Source: a virus
Lineage: Duplodnaviria > Caudoviricetes
DNA length: 45,781 bases
Virus record (IMG/VR): IMGVR_UViG_3300017937_000001
Location: 1 to 45,781 of that record
Direction: 5' to 3' (one strand)
The notes under the pieces were generated by a model, which saw only the letters and a program-made list of their open reading frames with translations, did not search any database and was not told the DNA's origin. The position numbers and the translations under genes were made by a program. The first letter of the stretch is position 1. Each line of letters starts with the position of its first letter. Of this stretch, positions 17,688 to 25,218 are shown piece by piece.

Positions 17688-17772
17688 TTGCCCCTTTGGG
17701 CACCCAGCCGCTCCTGGCTGGGGTCTGTTGGCTCACTGTTGAGTTGTGAGTCGCCACCGGAGGGTGGCTTCG

Positions 17773-17903
17773 AGGACGCGTCCGGGGTCGAACCGGAAAC
17801 CTGGGAGCGGCGTCGCGCGGGGGTGCTGCCGCTCACGTCTCGCCGCTGGGGGCAACGGCATCTTGAGACGGCGGGTACCAGGTGGAACCGTCATCTCGCG
17901 TCC
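17773..17903 (-). ncRNA. 131-nt tRNA-like RNA without D stem and with a branched insertion
   Basis: Acceptor GGACGCG/CGCGTCC; T arm TCCGG-TTCGACC-CCGGA; CCTGG/CCAGG encloses two hairpins. Confidence 0.6.
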
Positions 17904-17961
17904 AGGGTGACCGTCGTCTCGTACCCCTACGAACCTCGTGACGACGGTCACTCTTGCCAGC

Positions 17962-18705
17962 TTACCGGCTGCTGGGTCGCAGCAGGTAGCTGAAGATCGT
18001 CTCACCCGCGTGGAGCTGGGTGACCTCGTGCCGGTTGGCCCGCTCGACGGCGATCTTCACCGCGTCGAGCAGCTTGTTGACGCGGTCCACGAGCTCGATG
18101 CGCCGCGTCTCCTGGATCGCCCCGGACAGCCGGGTGTTGGTCCAGGTGCCGACGACCTCGTCGACCATGTAGACCTCGGTCTGAGCGGCGTGACGCTCGG
18201 TCGCGGGTGCCTTCTCCAGGACGCGCGGCACCTTGCGGGTACGTGTCGTCTGGGTCGGCTCCGTGCGGTAGAGCATGGTGCCCTCGTCGTACGTCCAGAC
18301 CTCGCTCGGGTCGGTGACCGGCAGCTTGCTGACCACCGTCCGCCAGTCGAGCAGCTGCTTCTCGAGGAAGAGCAGGTACGGCACCGGCGCGTCGGTCAGC
18401 AGCGTCTGCCCGTCCACGACGACGTCGGCCTTGGCGACCATGTTCGCCGCGTCCTTGGTCAGGACGACGTCGAAGAGGTCGGTCAGCCGCGCGCTCGCCT
18501 GCTGCAGGAGGTCCTCGACGTTCTGCTGCACGAGCTGACGCTCCGGCGGCAGGCGGTCGCCCTCCTCGTCCTTCGGCTGGTACACCTTGGTGAAGCCGGC
18601 GAAGAGCGCCGCCTTCTGCAGGCTGTGGTAGATCCCGGTCACCGCGGTGGCGGTACGGGCCTTCAGACCCTTCTCGACCGCGACCGTCTGGTTGAGCTGT
18701 CCCAT
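17962..18705 (-). CDS. Conserved protein of unknown function (recalled as DUF7873-like; unverified)
   Basis: LNQTVAVEKG, YQPKDEEGDRLPPE, YLLFLEKQL, ATERHAAQTEV resemble a widespread actinobacterial/phage family recalled from memory. Confidence 0.8.
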   Translation of the reverse strand: MGQLNQTVAVEKGLKARTATAVTGIYHSLQKAALFAGFTKVYQPKDEEGDRLPPERQLVQQNVEDLLQQASARLTDLFDVVLTKDAANMVAKADVVVDGQTLLTDAPVPYLLFLEKQLLDWRTVVSKLPVTDPSEVWTYDEGTMLYRTEPTQTTRTRKVPRVLEKAPATERHAAQTEVYMVDEVVGTWTNTRLSGAIQETRRIELVDRVNKLLDAVKIAVERANRHEVTQLHAGETIFSYLLRPSSR

Positions 18706-18771
18706 CTCACTTCCTTGACTCGTCAGCTGAGCTTGAGCTTGCGTTTCTTAGCTTGCTTGCTGCTGGTTAGA

Positions 18772-18800
18772 AGTATACCAGCCCGAGATGCATTTGGGAA
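18772..18800 (-). promoter_or_regulatory. Promoter for the 247-aa gene and downstream RNA cluster
   Basis: Extended -10 TGG-TATACT; weak -35 TTCCCA at 17 bp. Confidence 0.55.
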
Positions 18801-18801
18801 A

Positions 18802-19065
18802 TCAAGAGGGTGAGTCGTGCATATTGCGGCAGGACTCCAGTTCCTGCCGCAGCCGCGCGTTCTCACTCTCGAGGTGGGCCATCCGGTCCAGTTCCGCCAC
18901 CCGTTCACGCATCTTGCACACGCTATCTCTCACCATCTCCACCTGAGAGCGCAGCTCTCGCACGAGAGCCTCCGCGTTGTCGAGCTCCGTCTGCCGGTGA
19001 TCCAGACTGCGTTCCTCACGCTGCAGCTCTCGCCGCACGCGTGCCAGCTCATCTTCGGTCATCAT
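18802..19065 (-). CDS. Coiled-coil protein
   Basis: Heptad pattern. Confidence 0.6.
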   Translation of the reverse strand: MMTEDELARVRRELQREERSLDHRQTELDNAEALVRELRSQVEMVRDSVCKMRERVAELDRMAHLESENARLRQELESCRNMHDSPS

Positions 19066-19138
19066 CCGTCTCTCATCTCGTCGGTACGACACACGCACCG
19101 CCACCCGGATCTCGGGTGGCGGTGCGTGTCAGGTGCGT

Positions 19139-19507
19139 TCAGCTTGTGCCGTGGCGCTTGTTCCACTTCTCGTCCGCCTTGTTCTGCTTGGCGGCGAACT
19201 TGACGCGCCTGGCCTCCTCCTTGGCCCGTCGCTTGGCCTCCCGAGCCGCGCGCTTGACGTCTGCAGGTGACGGCTCCGGCTGCTCTCGCTGGCCACGGCC
19301 GAACGAACCCTGCTGGGTGCCGCTCACGTCACGCTGCATGACCTCGTCGACGCTGCCGTCACTCCAGGTGACGGTGACGACGTCGTCACCCAGGTAGTCG
19401 CGCACGTCGGCGACGACGCCGTACTTGCCGTCGATGCGTCGACCGGTGACGGATGAGTTGCCTCGCCCGATCACGTGGTCACCCTCCTCAACCCGCGTGA
19501 GTCCCAC
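19139..19507 (-). CDS. Hypothetical protein (SH3-like N-terminus, basic tail)
   Basis: GTG 19507 with AAGGAG RBS. Confidence 0.6.
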   Translation of the reverse strand: MGLTRVEEGDHVIGRGNSSVTGRRIDGKYGVVADVRDYLGDDVVTVTWSDGSVDEVMQRDVSGTQQGSFGRGQREQPEPSPADVKRAAREAKRRAKEEARRVKFAAKQNKADEKWNKRHGTS

Positions 19508-19541
19508 GGTTCTCCTTCCTCTTCCTGACGTGAGCCACGCG

Positions 19542-19733
19542 TCAGTCACGCGGCTCAAGCTGGCGGTAACTCGCGTTGTGGTCACACGTGTCACCCCTCG
19601 CGTTCCGATACTCCACCACGTACGGGGAGGGCAAGCCGGGTGTGGTGCTGATGTGCTTGATGACCCCGGCATACATCTCCCCGTGGAGGAAGAGCCACAC
19701 CTTGTCTCTCGTCATGAACACGTGCTTGGCCAT
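19542..19733 (-). CDS. Small hypothetical protein
   Basis: ATG 19733 with GAGGA RBS after a promoter. Confidence 0.6.
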   Translation of the reverse strand: MAKHVFMTRDKVWLFLHGEMYAGVIKHISTTPGLPSPYVVEYRNARGDTCDHNASYRQLEPRD

Positions 19734-19770
19734 CCGCGTTCCTCTTCCTGACGACTTCCTGACGAGACCC

Positions 19771-19799
19771 ATCGTACCAGGGTCGAGGTGAAATGTCCA
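19771..19799 (-). promoter_or_regulatory. Promoter
   Basis: TGGACA-N17-TACGAT. Confidence 0.65.
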
Positions 19800-19882
19800 C
19801 AAGATGCCAAGAGCCACCCATCTCCCGATGAGTGGCTCTCGCGCACCGCTCTGCCGAGGTTGACCATACCTCGTGAGCAAGC

Positions 19883-20143
19883 CTAAGCCCACGTGAGCAT
19901 GGCCATCAATGTCACGGTGACGGTTCCGACCGCGGCCAGCAGGGTGAACGCGGTAATCGCCAGTCCGGCACCCGCGTACTTCAGCACGCGAAGCGTTTTG
20001 CCACCTCGACTCACGTCTCGCTCGTCACTTCCTGAGGGACACATCTCCCCGCACTCGGTGCAGCGGTGCTCCACGCTCACGGACACCGTCTCAGCACCCC
20101 GTGCTCGGACTGGCTGCCCGACCACGGTCTTCTCACTGCGCAC
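19883..20143 (-). CDS. Membrane protein
   Basis: CxxC plus C-terminal TM. Confidence 0.55.
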   Translation of the reverse strand: MRSEKTVVGQPVRARGAETVSVSVEHRCTECGEMCPSGSDERDVSRGGKTLRVLKYAGAGLAITAFTLLAAVGTVTVTLMAMLTWA

Positions 20144-20184
20144 TTTTCACTTCTCTCCGCCACCGGTGGTGGCTGTCTCGCGGG

Positions 20185-20709
20185 TTACCTGAGCTTGGAC
20201 GCCCAGACGTGCAGGTGGTGCAGGTGCTCCTCGGTGAGACCCACAAAGGGTGCCACCTGAATCAAGGCGGTGGGTGCGGGGTGACGCGTCTTCGCGTGTT
20301 CCCCGTCACGGGCGGTGATCTCGTCGTCCAGCCACGCGAACGGACGGTCACCCGCATATGCGATCAGGTCGGGAAGCTTCCAGTGGACGTGGTCCGGACG
20401 ACGTCTGATCGGCTTGGTAAACTCCACCACCGGAAGCTCAGGCAGCCCGAGGTGCGGCCCGATCCACTCGTTGGCCTCGTGCTCCCAGGTCGTGGCCCAC
20501 ACCAGCTCAAACGGCAGCCCCAGCAGGAGCGCGCCGTGGTCGTGGTTGAGCCACACTCGCAGCGGCTTCCGGTTCGCCGTCACCCAGTCCAAGCCGCCCT
20601 CGGCTGACGGGTTCATGCGGTGCGTGGTGTAGCCATCCGGACGACGCCCGCTGCTACGCGCGTCCGGGTTCAGCACCCCGTCCACGTCGAGAAACAGCAG
20701 TGGCTTCAT
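20185..20709 (-). CDS. HAD domain protein (Swiss-Army-knife RNA-repair-type)
   Basis: LFLDVDGVLNP, LVWATTW, FAWLDDE. Confidence 0.85.
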   Translation of the reverse strand: MKPLLFLDVDGVLNPDARSSGRRPDGYTTHRMNPSAEGGLDWVTANRKPLRVWLNHDHGALLLGLPFELVWATTWEHEANEWIGPHLGLPELPVVEFTKPIRRRPDHVHWKLPDLIAYAGDRPFAWLDDEITARDGEHAKTRHPAPTALIQVAPFVGLTEEHLHHLHVWASKLR

Positions 20710-20716
20710 CGTGTTC

Positions 20717-20980
20717 TCATTCCTCGTCTCTCGTCACCCTCGGGAACGACGTCGGGCCGCCGTTCTCGTCGTAGCGTGTTAGCGCGACTGCACACTGTGA
20801 GACCGGCACCCAGTGCCCTCGTTCCTGGTCACTGCAGCCCCAGCACACGTCGGCCGGGACGCCGTGTTCCTCGAAGATCAACTGTACCGGCTCATGCGCG
20901 GTTTGGTCAGCTGGCGGCACGCGAAGCGCCGCCAGCTCCGCCCGTACCTCAGCCAGCGTGAGGGGCAGCGACTCACTCAT
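20717..20980 (-). CDS. Hypothetical protein
   Basis: 87 aa, coupled. Confidence 0.55.
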   Translation of the reverse strand: MSESLPLTLAEVRAELAALRVPPADQTAHEPVQLIFEEHGVPADVCWGCSDQERGHWVPVSQCAVALTRYDENGGPTSFPRVTRDEE

Positions 20981-21443
20981 CCGACGCGGGTGTCTCCGTC
21001 ACCGTCGGCTCCACGGTGTCCATGCCACGCGCCGTCGAGACGGTACCGGTGGACGGCGGTGAGATGAACCTGGCGGTTGCCCTGACGAAGCGTCGCATGC
21101 CTTCTCGTTCCTGCCGGTCCACGTCCAGCGCGATGAGGTCGGTGCTCGTGGCCTCCCCGAACTCCAGCAGGGTGCGAACACACACCTCTCGCACCTCCAG
21201 CATCGCCTGGTAGAGACCGAGGTTGTTGTCCTTCATGCCGCGGGTGACGCGCGCCCAGGGGAGCATGTCCGCCTGAGCCTTCAGCACCGGTCGCAGCGAG
21301 AAGGCGTTGAGCAGCTGGCCCTCCGTCAGCCGCTTTTCCAGCGCGTCCCTGGCCTCCTTGTGAAGGCGGAAGACCTGCGCCATCATGGCGCGAATCTCAC
21401 CCTCTCGCCGCGTTCGGGCACCCGCCGTCATCCTGTCGCTCAT
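20973..21443 (-). CDS. Hypothetical protein
   Basis: ATG 21443 after a promoter; loosely resembles 35941-36357. Confidence 0.65.
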   Translation of the reverse strand: MSDRMTAGARTRREGEIRAMMAQVFRLHKEARDALEKRLTEGQLLNAFSLRPVLKAQADMLPWARVTRGMKDNNLGLYQAMLEVREVCVRTLLEFGEATSTDLIALDVDRQEREGMRRFVRATARFISPPSTGTVSTARGMDTVEPTVTETPASDE

Positions 21444-21481
21444 CTTCCTACCCCTCTCGTTCCTTCCTGGTTCCTGAGGTG

Positions 21482-21510
21482 ATCCTATCACCTAAACGTG
21501 CAGTTGTACA
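21482..21510 (-). promoter_or_regulatory. Promoter
   Basis: TGTACA-N17-TAGGAT. Confidence 0.65.
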
Positions 21511-21517
21511 CCGTAAG

Positions 21518-21556
21518 ACACCGCCCGTCCCGGAGCGTGGACGGGACGGGCGGTGT
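21518..21556 (-). terminator. Hairpin ending the Ro60 operon
   Basis: caccgcccgtccc...gggacgggcggtg. Confidence 0.6.
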
Positions 21557-21561
21557 GGCTT

Positions 21562-21777
21562 CTACTCAGGTGCGGTCCAGATGACGAGGGCCTCCCCGTC
21601 GCTGAGGTCCTGGATCGTCTGCCAGAGGTCGGCGGTGATCGCCTCCTCGGTGCCACTGAGGCGCTGCTCGGGGTCCTTCTGGATCGAGCCCAGGTTGACC
21701 TCCAGCAGAGACTCCGCGCGCTCCGTGAGGGCGACGAAGACCCGTCTCACTTGGTGGCTCGCGGACGCGTCTCCCAC
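21562..21777 (-). CDS. Hypothetical protein
   Basis: 71 aa. Confidence 0.5.
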   Translation of the reverse strand: MGDASASHQVRRVFVALTERAESLLEVNLGSIQKDPEQRLSGTEEAITADLWQTIQDLSDGEALVIWTAPE

Positions 21778-21962
21778 CGCACGTGACCCGACGCGGTGAG
21801 CACCTTGACGTGCTCGACGGGGCTCGGGCCGCCGCCGACCTTGCGACGCTTCCGAACCGACTTGGCGGCGTTGGTGCCGCCCTTGTAGCGACCCTTCTGC
21901 TTGTAGCAGCTGTACTTCTGCTTCAGCCAGGTGACCGGCTTCAGCTCGGTGGTCTCAGCCAT
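21747..21962 (-). CDS. Small basic protein
   Basis: Lys/Arg-rich 71 aa, GAGGA RBS. Confidence 0.6.
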   Translation of the reverse strand: MAETTELKPVTWLKQKYSCYKQKGRYKGGTNAAKSVRKRRKVGGGPSPVEHVKVLTASGHVRWETRPRATK

Positions 21963-22104
21963 GCTTCACTTCCTCGTGGAGTTTGATCAGCAGATATGCG
22001 AGCAGCGCCGTGAGCCCCGTCACCGCGAAGACGTTGAAGAGGCTCGTGGAGACGCTGAGGCAGGTGACGCCGAACACGCGCGTCACCCACCGGATGGCGT
22101 TCAC
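21955..22104 (-). CDS. Small membrane protein
   Basis: GTGA-coupled, hydrophobic. Confidence 0.5.
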   Translation of the reverse strand: MNAIRWVTRVFGVTCLSVSTSLFNVFAVTGLTALLAYLLIKLHEEVKHG

Positions 22105-22238
22105 CGCCGCCGTCGTCTCCCGCTCAGCTTCGCCCTCGCGGCGAAGATGAGCGCGGTGGTGACCTGGTAGAGGATGACGCCGAGCACGATCGTTCCGGCG
22201 GCGTCCAACACGTTGTGAATCGTCACGTGAATCGTCAC
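22101..22238 (-). CDS. Small membrane protein
   Basis: One TM and a basic tail. Confidence 0.5.
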   Translation of the reverse strand: MTIHVTIHNVLDAAGTIVLGVILYQVTTALIFAARAKLSGRRRRR

Positions 22239-22323
22239 TTCCTGGTTCCCTTCCTCTTCCTGCCTGAGGTCCCTCAGGTGAGGACAACTTACCTCACCCG
22301 AGGGACCGATGTACAGCCCGAGC

Positions 22324-24021
22324 TCAGCTCTCGCCGCTCGGAACCTCCCACGGCCAACCGGTGTCCTGCCCACGCTCCAGGAGCGGCAGGCTCTTGAACG
22401 TGGCATCCGTCAGGCCGCCGAACTCGTGCCGACGAGGCAGCGCATGCATCAGCGCCTGGCTGTACCCACCGAGGTTGAAGCCGTAGACCGGCACCGAGTG
22501 CGGCACGAACGTGTCGACGTCGGCGCCGTGGTAGCCGCCCATCGTCTGCATGTCGCTGATGATCACGACGCGGCTGTGTCGGTCACGCTTGAACTGACGC
22601 TGCACCGCTCCGTGGATGTCGGTACCGTGTCCGACCTCCCCGACGCGGTGGATGAACCGCTCCACCTCACGCATCGCGGAGGCACCCGCCGGCACCTCGT
22701 GCCGGAACTCCCCGCTCGCGAAGCCCATGAGGTCCACCGCACCGGGGTTGCGCACCGCGAGCGCCACGCCGAAGACCGCCGCAGCCTGCACCGGGGTCAT
22801 CGTGGAGCGCTTGTCGAAGATCCCGTTGGTCATCGAGGCGCTGGTGTCCACGAGCACCAGGGTGTTGCCCGACAGCTCCGGCAGGTTCCGCATGCTGTGG
22901 GCGAACGCGGTGTCGAGCGCGGATGCGAAGCCACCCTCCGTCGCCTTGTAGGCGGACCAGAAGCGGAACGGGAACTGACGACTGCGCGCCACCTCCTGCG
23001 GGTCACCGAGCCGACGCGTGACGTCCTGCACCACCTGGTACGACGCCCCCGCCTCCGACAGGTTGCGGAGGTTGCGGAGCAGCGCCATGTAGCCGAGCTG
23101 CGGCAGCACCAGCTGCCACTGCTCCGCCTTGGTGAGCGGCTTCGTCACGCCGGTGACGTCTCCGAGGCTGCTCAGCAGCCACTCCCACTGGCCGGCCATG
23201 GCGTCGTGATAGAGGTTGCCCTCGAGACCGTGACGCAACGCCAGACGTGCGAGCTTGTGTCGGTCCGACGGCGACATGGCGTTGATCGTCGCCCGGGCGC
23301 GCACCGCGCCCAGGGAGTCCGGAACCTCCGCCTTGCGACCGTGCCGCTCGTTGAGCGCGTGGCGATACAGGTCGCCCTGCCACCCGGTGTTCGCTCGCGG
23401 GTGCACCAGGTCCACGACGTCCGCGAAGCGGAAGCCGCGCGTACCCGACTCATAGCGCAGGTAGGCGCGCTCGTTGTACAGCCGCCGCACCGCGTCGGCG
23501 ACGCCGCGCTTCACCGGCTGCGGGAGGTTGCGACCGTGCGTGTGGGTCCAGTAGGCCAGCAGCTCCCCGGGCTCGTCCGCACGCTGCAGCACCGCGTTGA
23601 TCACCATGCGGTTCCAGTGCTTCACCTCGAACGCGTGGTCGCCCACGCCCTCGGGGTTGCGGATCTCCCCGCGCTTCTGCGCGTCGAGACGGGCCTTCAC
23701 GAACTCCGCGGCGCCCACCAGGCTCGCCGTACGGAGGTTGCCCTCCGGGCCGCGCAGCCACTTGAGCATCTCGAAGGTCCACGCCGGGTCTTCGACCGCC
23801 AGCTGGCGAACCAGCGTCTCGTAGCGACCGTCCCGGCTGGCGCCGGACTCGTAGAACGCGTCCTGGCCGACCATGTTGACGACGGCGAGCTGGAACAGCT
23901 CCCCCCGCGCCTCACGCACGTAGCCGACGCCACCCTCGTACGTGACCGTACGCTCCCCGGTCGTCTCGACCGCGGACGTGCCGGTCCCGCGAGGGATGCC
24001 CCGGTTGTTGTACCGTGCCAC
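22324..24021 (-). CDS. rsr: Ro60/TROVE-domain RNA-binding protein with C-terminal vWA
   Basis: TYEGG, QRADEPGELLAYW, GYMALLRNLRN, SRQFPFRFWSAY, LVDTSASM, ISDMQ; start set at GTG 24021 after GAAGGTGG. Confidence 0.92.
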   Translation of the reverse strand: MARYNNRGIPRGTGTSAVETTGERTVTYEGGVGYVREARGELFQLAVVNMVGQDAFYESGASRDGRYETLVRQLAVEDPAWTFEMLKWLRGPEGNLRTASLVGAAEFVKARLDAQKRGEIRNPEGVGDHAFEVKHWNRMVINAVLQRADEPGELLAYWTHTHGRNLPQPVKRGVADAVRRLYNERAYLRYESGTRGFRFADVVDLVHPRANTGWQGDLYRHALNERHGRKAEVPDSLGAVRARATINAMSPSDRHKLARLALRHGLEGNLYHDAMAGQWEWLLSSLGDVTGVTKPLTKAEQWQLVLPQLGYMALLRNLRNLSEAGASYQVVQDVTRRLGDPQEVARSRQFPFRFWSAYKATEGGFASALDTAFAHSMRNLPELSGNTLVLVDTSASMTNGIFDKRSTMTPVQAAAVFGVALAVRNPGAVDLMGFASGEFRHEVPAGASAMREVERFIHRVGEVGHGTDIHGAVQRQFKRDRHSRVVIISDMQTMGGYHGADVDTFVPHSVPVYGFNLGGYSQALMHALPRRHEFGGLTDATFKSLPLLERGQDTGWPWEVPSGES

Positions 24022-24064
24022 CGCACCCACCTTCTCACGTCGCACCGGCACGATGCCGGTGAAG

Positions 24065-24216
24065 TGTCCACGACGGGACTCGAACCCGCGCCTGGAGACG
24101 AGCTTGGAAACGCGCTTCCCTACAGACCCAGCAACGAGCCCTTCGGTGCATCCGCAACCCTCTCGCCACGCCGCCCGTCCGTTTTCGGGCCGCTCTTCCC
24201 CCTGAGCTACGTGGAC
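24065..24216 (-). ncRNA. 152-nt tRNA-like RNA with a giant variable-region insertion
   Basis: Acceptor GTCCACG/CGTGGAC-A; canonical D and T arms; 102 nt between D and T stems. Confidence 0.7.
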
Positions 24217-24233
24217 ATGTGCAGTTGTAGGGA

Positions 24234-24316
24234 GGGCGCTGCCGGGAGTCGAACCCGGTCCCCCCGAGCTTTCAGGTCGGGATTTCACCAAATCGCCGTC
24301 ATGAGCGGCCAGCGCC
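24234..24316 (-). ncRNA. tRNA-like RNA with rearranged D and anticodon region
   Basis: Acceptor GGCGCTG/CAGCGCC; T arm CCGGG-TTCGACT-CCCGG; hairpins GCCG-CTCATGA-CGGC, GATTT-GGTG-AAATC and CCGA-CCTGAAAGC-TCGG. Confidence 0.6.
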
Positions 24317-24334
24317 ATGTCAGCGCCTCCCACG

Positions 24335-24408
24335 TGTCCTCGGCAGGACTCGAACCTGCGACCTCCTGGTCCGGAACCAGGTGCGCTCTCCAACTGCGCC
24401 ACGGGGAC
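24335..24408 (-). tRNA. tRNA-Arg(CCG)
   Basis: Cloverleaf; loop TTCCGGA. Confidence 0.88.
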
Positions 24409-24499
24409 AAGCCCACGAGGTTTGGTGACGGAGCCCGTGCCAGTCATCTCCGGTCAGTCGACCGCGCCGCGTGCACTCGACGTGGTCGTCTTAGCGACG

Positions 24500-24572
24500 T
24501 GTCCCCAGCAGGATTCGAACCTGCAACCGCTTGATCCGTAATCAAGTGCGCTGTCCGTTGCGCCATGGAGAC
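24500..24572 (-). tRNA. tRNA-Arg(ACG)
   Basis: Cloverleaf; loop TTACGGA. Confidence 0.9.
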
Positions 24573-24577
24573 GGGTT

Positions 24578-24668
24578 GACGTCATTGAGGTCACGTTGCA
24601 GGCGGCGTTGTCCGAAGACACCTGGTGAAGGTGGAGAAGTAGCCGAGCTGCGTCGCATCAGTGACGTC
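24578..24668 (-). ncRNA. Y-RNA-like 6 (minimal, no T/D module)
   Basis: Terminal stem GACGTCACTGA/TCAATGACGTC; GATGCGAC...TACTTC motif; lies between two tRNAs. Confidence 0.65.
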
Positions 24669-24669
24669 G

Positions 24670-24742
24670 CGATGCTGACCGGACTCGAACCGGCGACCCT
24701 CGCCCTGACAAGGCGATGCGCTACCAACTGCGCCACAGCACC
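24670..24742 (-). tRNA. tRNA-Asp(GTC)
   Basis: Cloverleaf; loop TTGTCAG; G73. Confidence 0.92.
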
Positions 24743-24760
24743 AGGTAATGATGTGCCATC

Positions 24761-24897
24761 ATATCCTCACGGGTCACCCGTGACCAGCTGTCAAGCCGGA
24801 AGCCCTACCAGTTGGGCGACGAGCGAAGACTCGCTCGCATGGATTCGAACCACGAAGTAACGGCGGTGACGTCACATCGGGTGAACCGCGAGGACAT
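24761..24897 (-). ncRNA. Y-RNA-like 5 (YrlA type)
   Basis: About 20-bp terminal stem; GATGTGAC...TACTTC; T arm TTCGAAT; closed acceptor CGAGCGA/TCGCTCG; D arm GCCC-AACTGGTA-GGGC. Confidence 0.8.
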
Positions 24898-24900
24898 GAC

Positions 24901-25056
24901 GGCAGACGTGCCCGAGACCCAGTCGATCCACGGGTTACGTAGGCGCTCTAGCCGCTGAGCTACCGGGGGTCTTCGACCCCCAGGCGGGATTCGAACCCGC
25001 GACCTCCCGCTCCCAATGCGAAGTATCCGAGGATCTGCGCACCGGGCACGTCTGTC
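24901..25056 (-). ncRNA. Y-RNA-like 4 (YrlA type)
   Basis: Stem CAGACGTGCCCG/CGGGCACGTCTG; GGTGCGCAG...TACTTC; T arm, closed acceptor, D arm GCTC-AGCGGCTA-GAGC. Confidence 0.85.
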
Positions 25057-25068
25057 GAGCTTGGGGCG

Positions 25069-25214
25069 AGGTGACGACGGGTGAGACCCGGACGGCGTGG
25101 GGAAACGACTAGCACCAGCCGGCCCCAAGATGGAGCCGCCGGGAATCGAACCCGGTCGTCAACTTTTCCAGAGTTGAAGTATCCCCGGTGCCTTCGCACC
25201 ACCCGTCGTCACCT
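25069..25214 (-). ncRNA. Y-RNA-like 3 (T arm and closed acceptor, no D stem)
   Basis: 15-bp stem AGGTGACGACGGGTG/CACCCGTCGTCACCT; GGTGCGAAG...TACTTC; CCGGG-TTCGATT-CCCGG; CGGCTCC-ATCTT-GGGGCCG. Confidence 0.8.
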
Positions 25215-25218
25215 GCTT

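Noticed and set aside
17399-17700. KLKL/RLRL peptides encoded by the hexamer repeats
   Set aside because: No RBS, and the frames overlap tRNA-like arms; an RNA-level role is more parsimonious.
17773-17903. tmRNA
   Set aside because: Only 131 nt, A3:U70 and U73, no tag reading frame; kept as a tRNA-like ncRNA.
24022-24447. 142-codon N-terminal extension of Ro60 in the ORF track
   Set aside because: It runs through tRNA-Arg and two tRNA-like RNAs; the TROVE-like sequence and RBS begin at GTG 24021.
22309-24534. 741-aa + strand ORF (similarly 4433-6031, 14948-16138, 38426-39529, 42944-44149)
   Set aside because: High-GC shadow ORFs overlapping recognisable genes, with no RBS or motifs.
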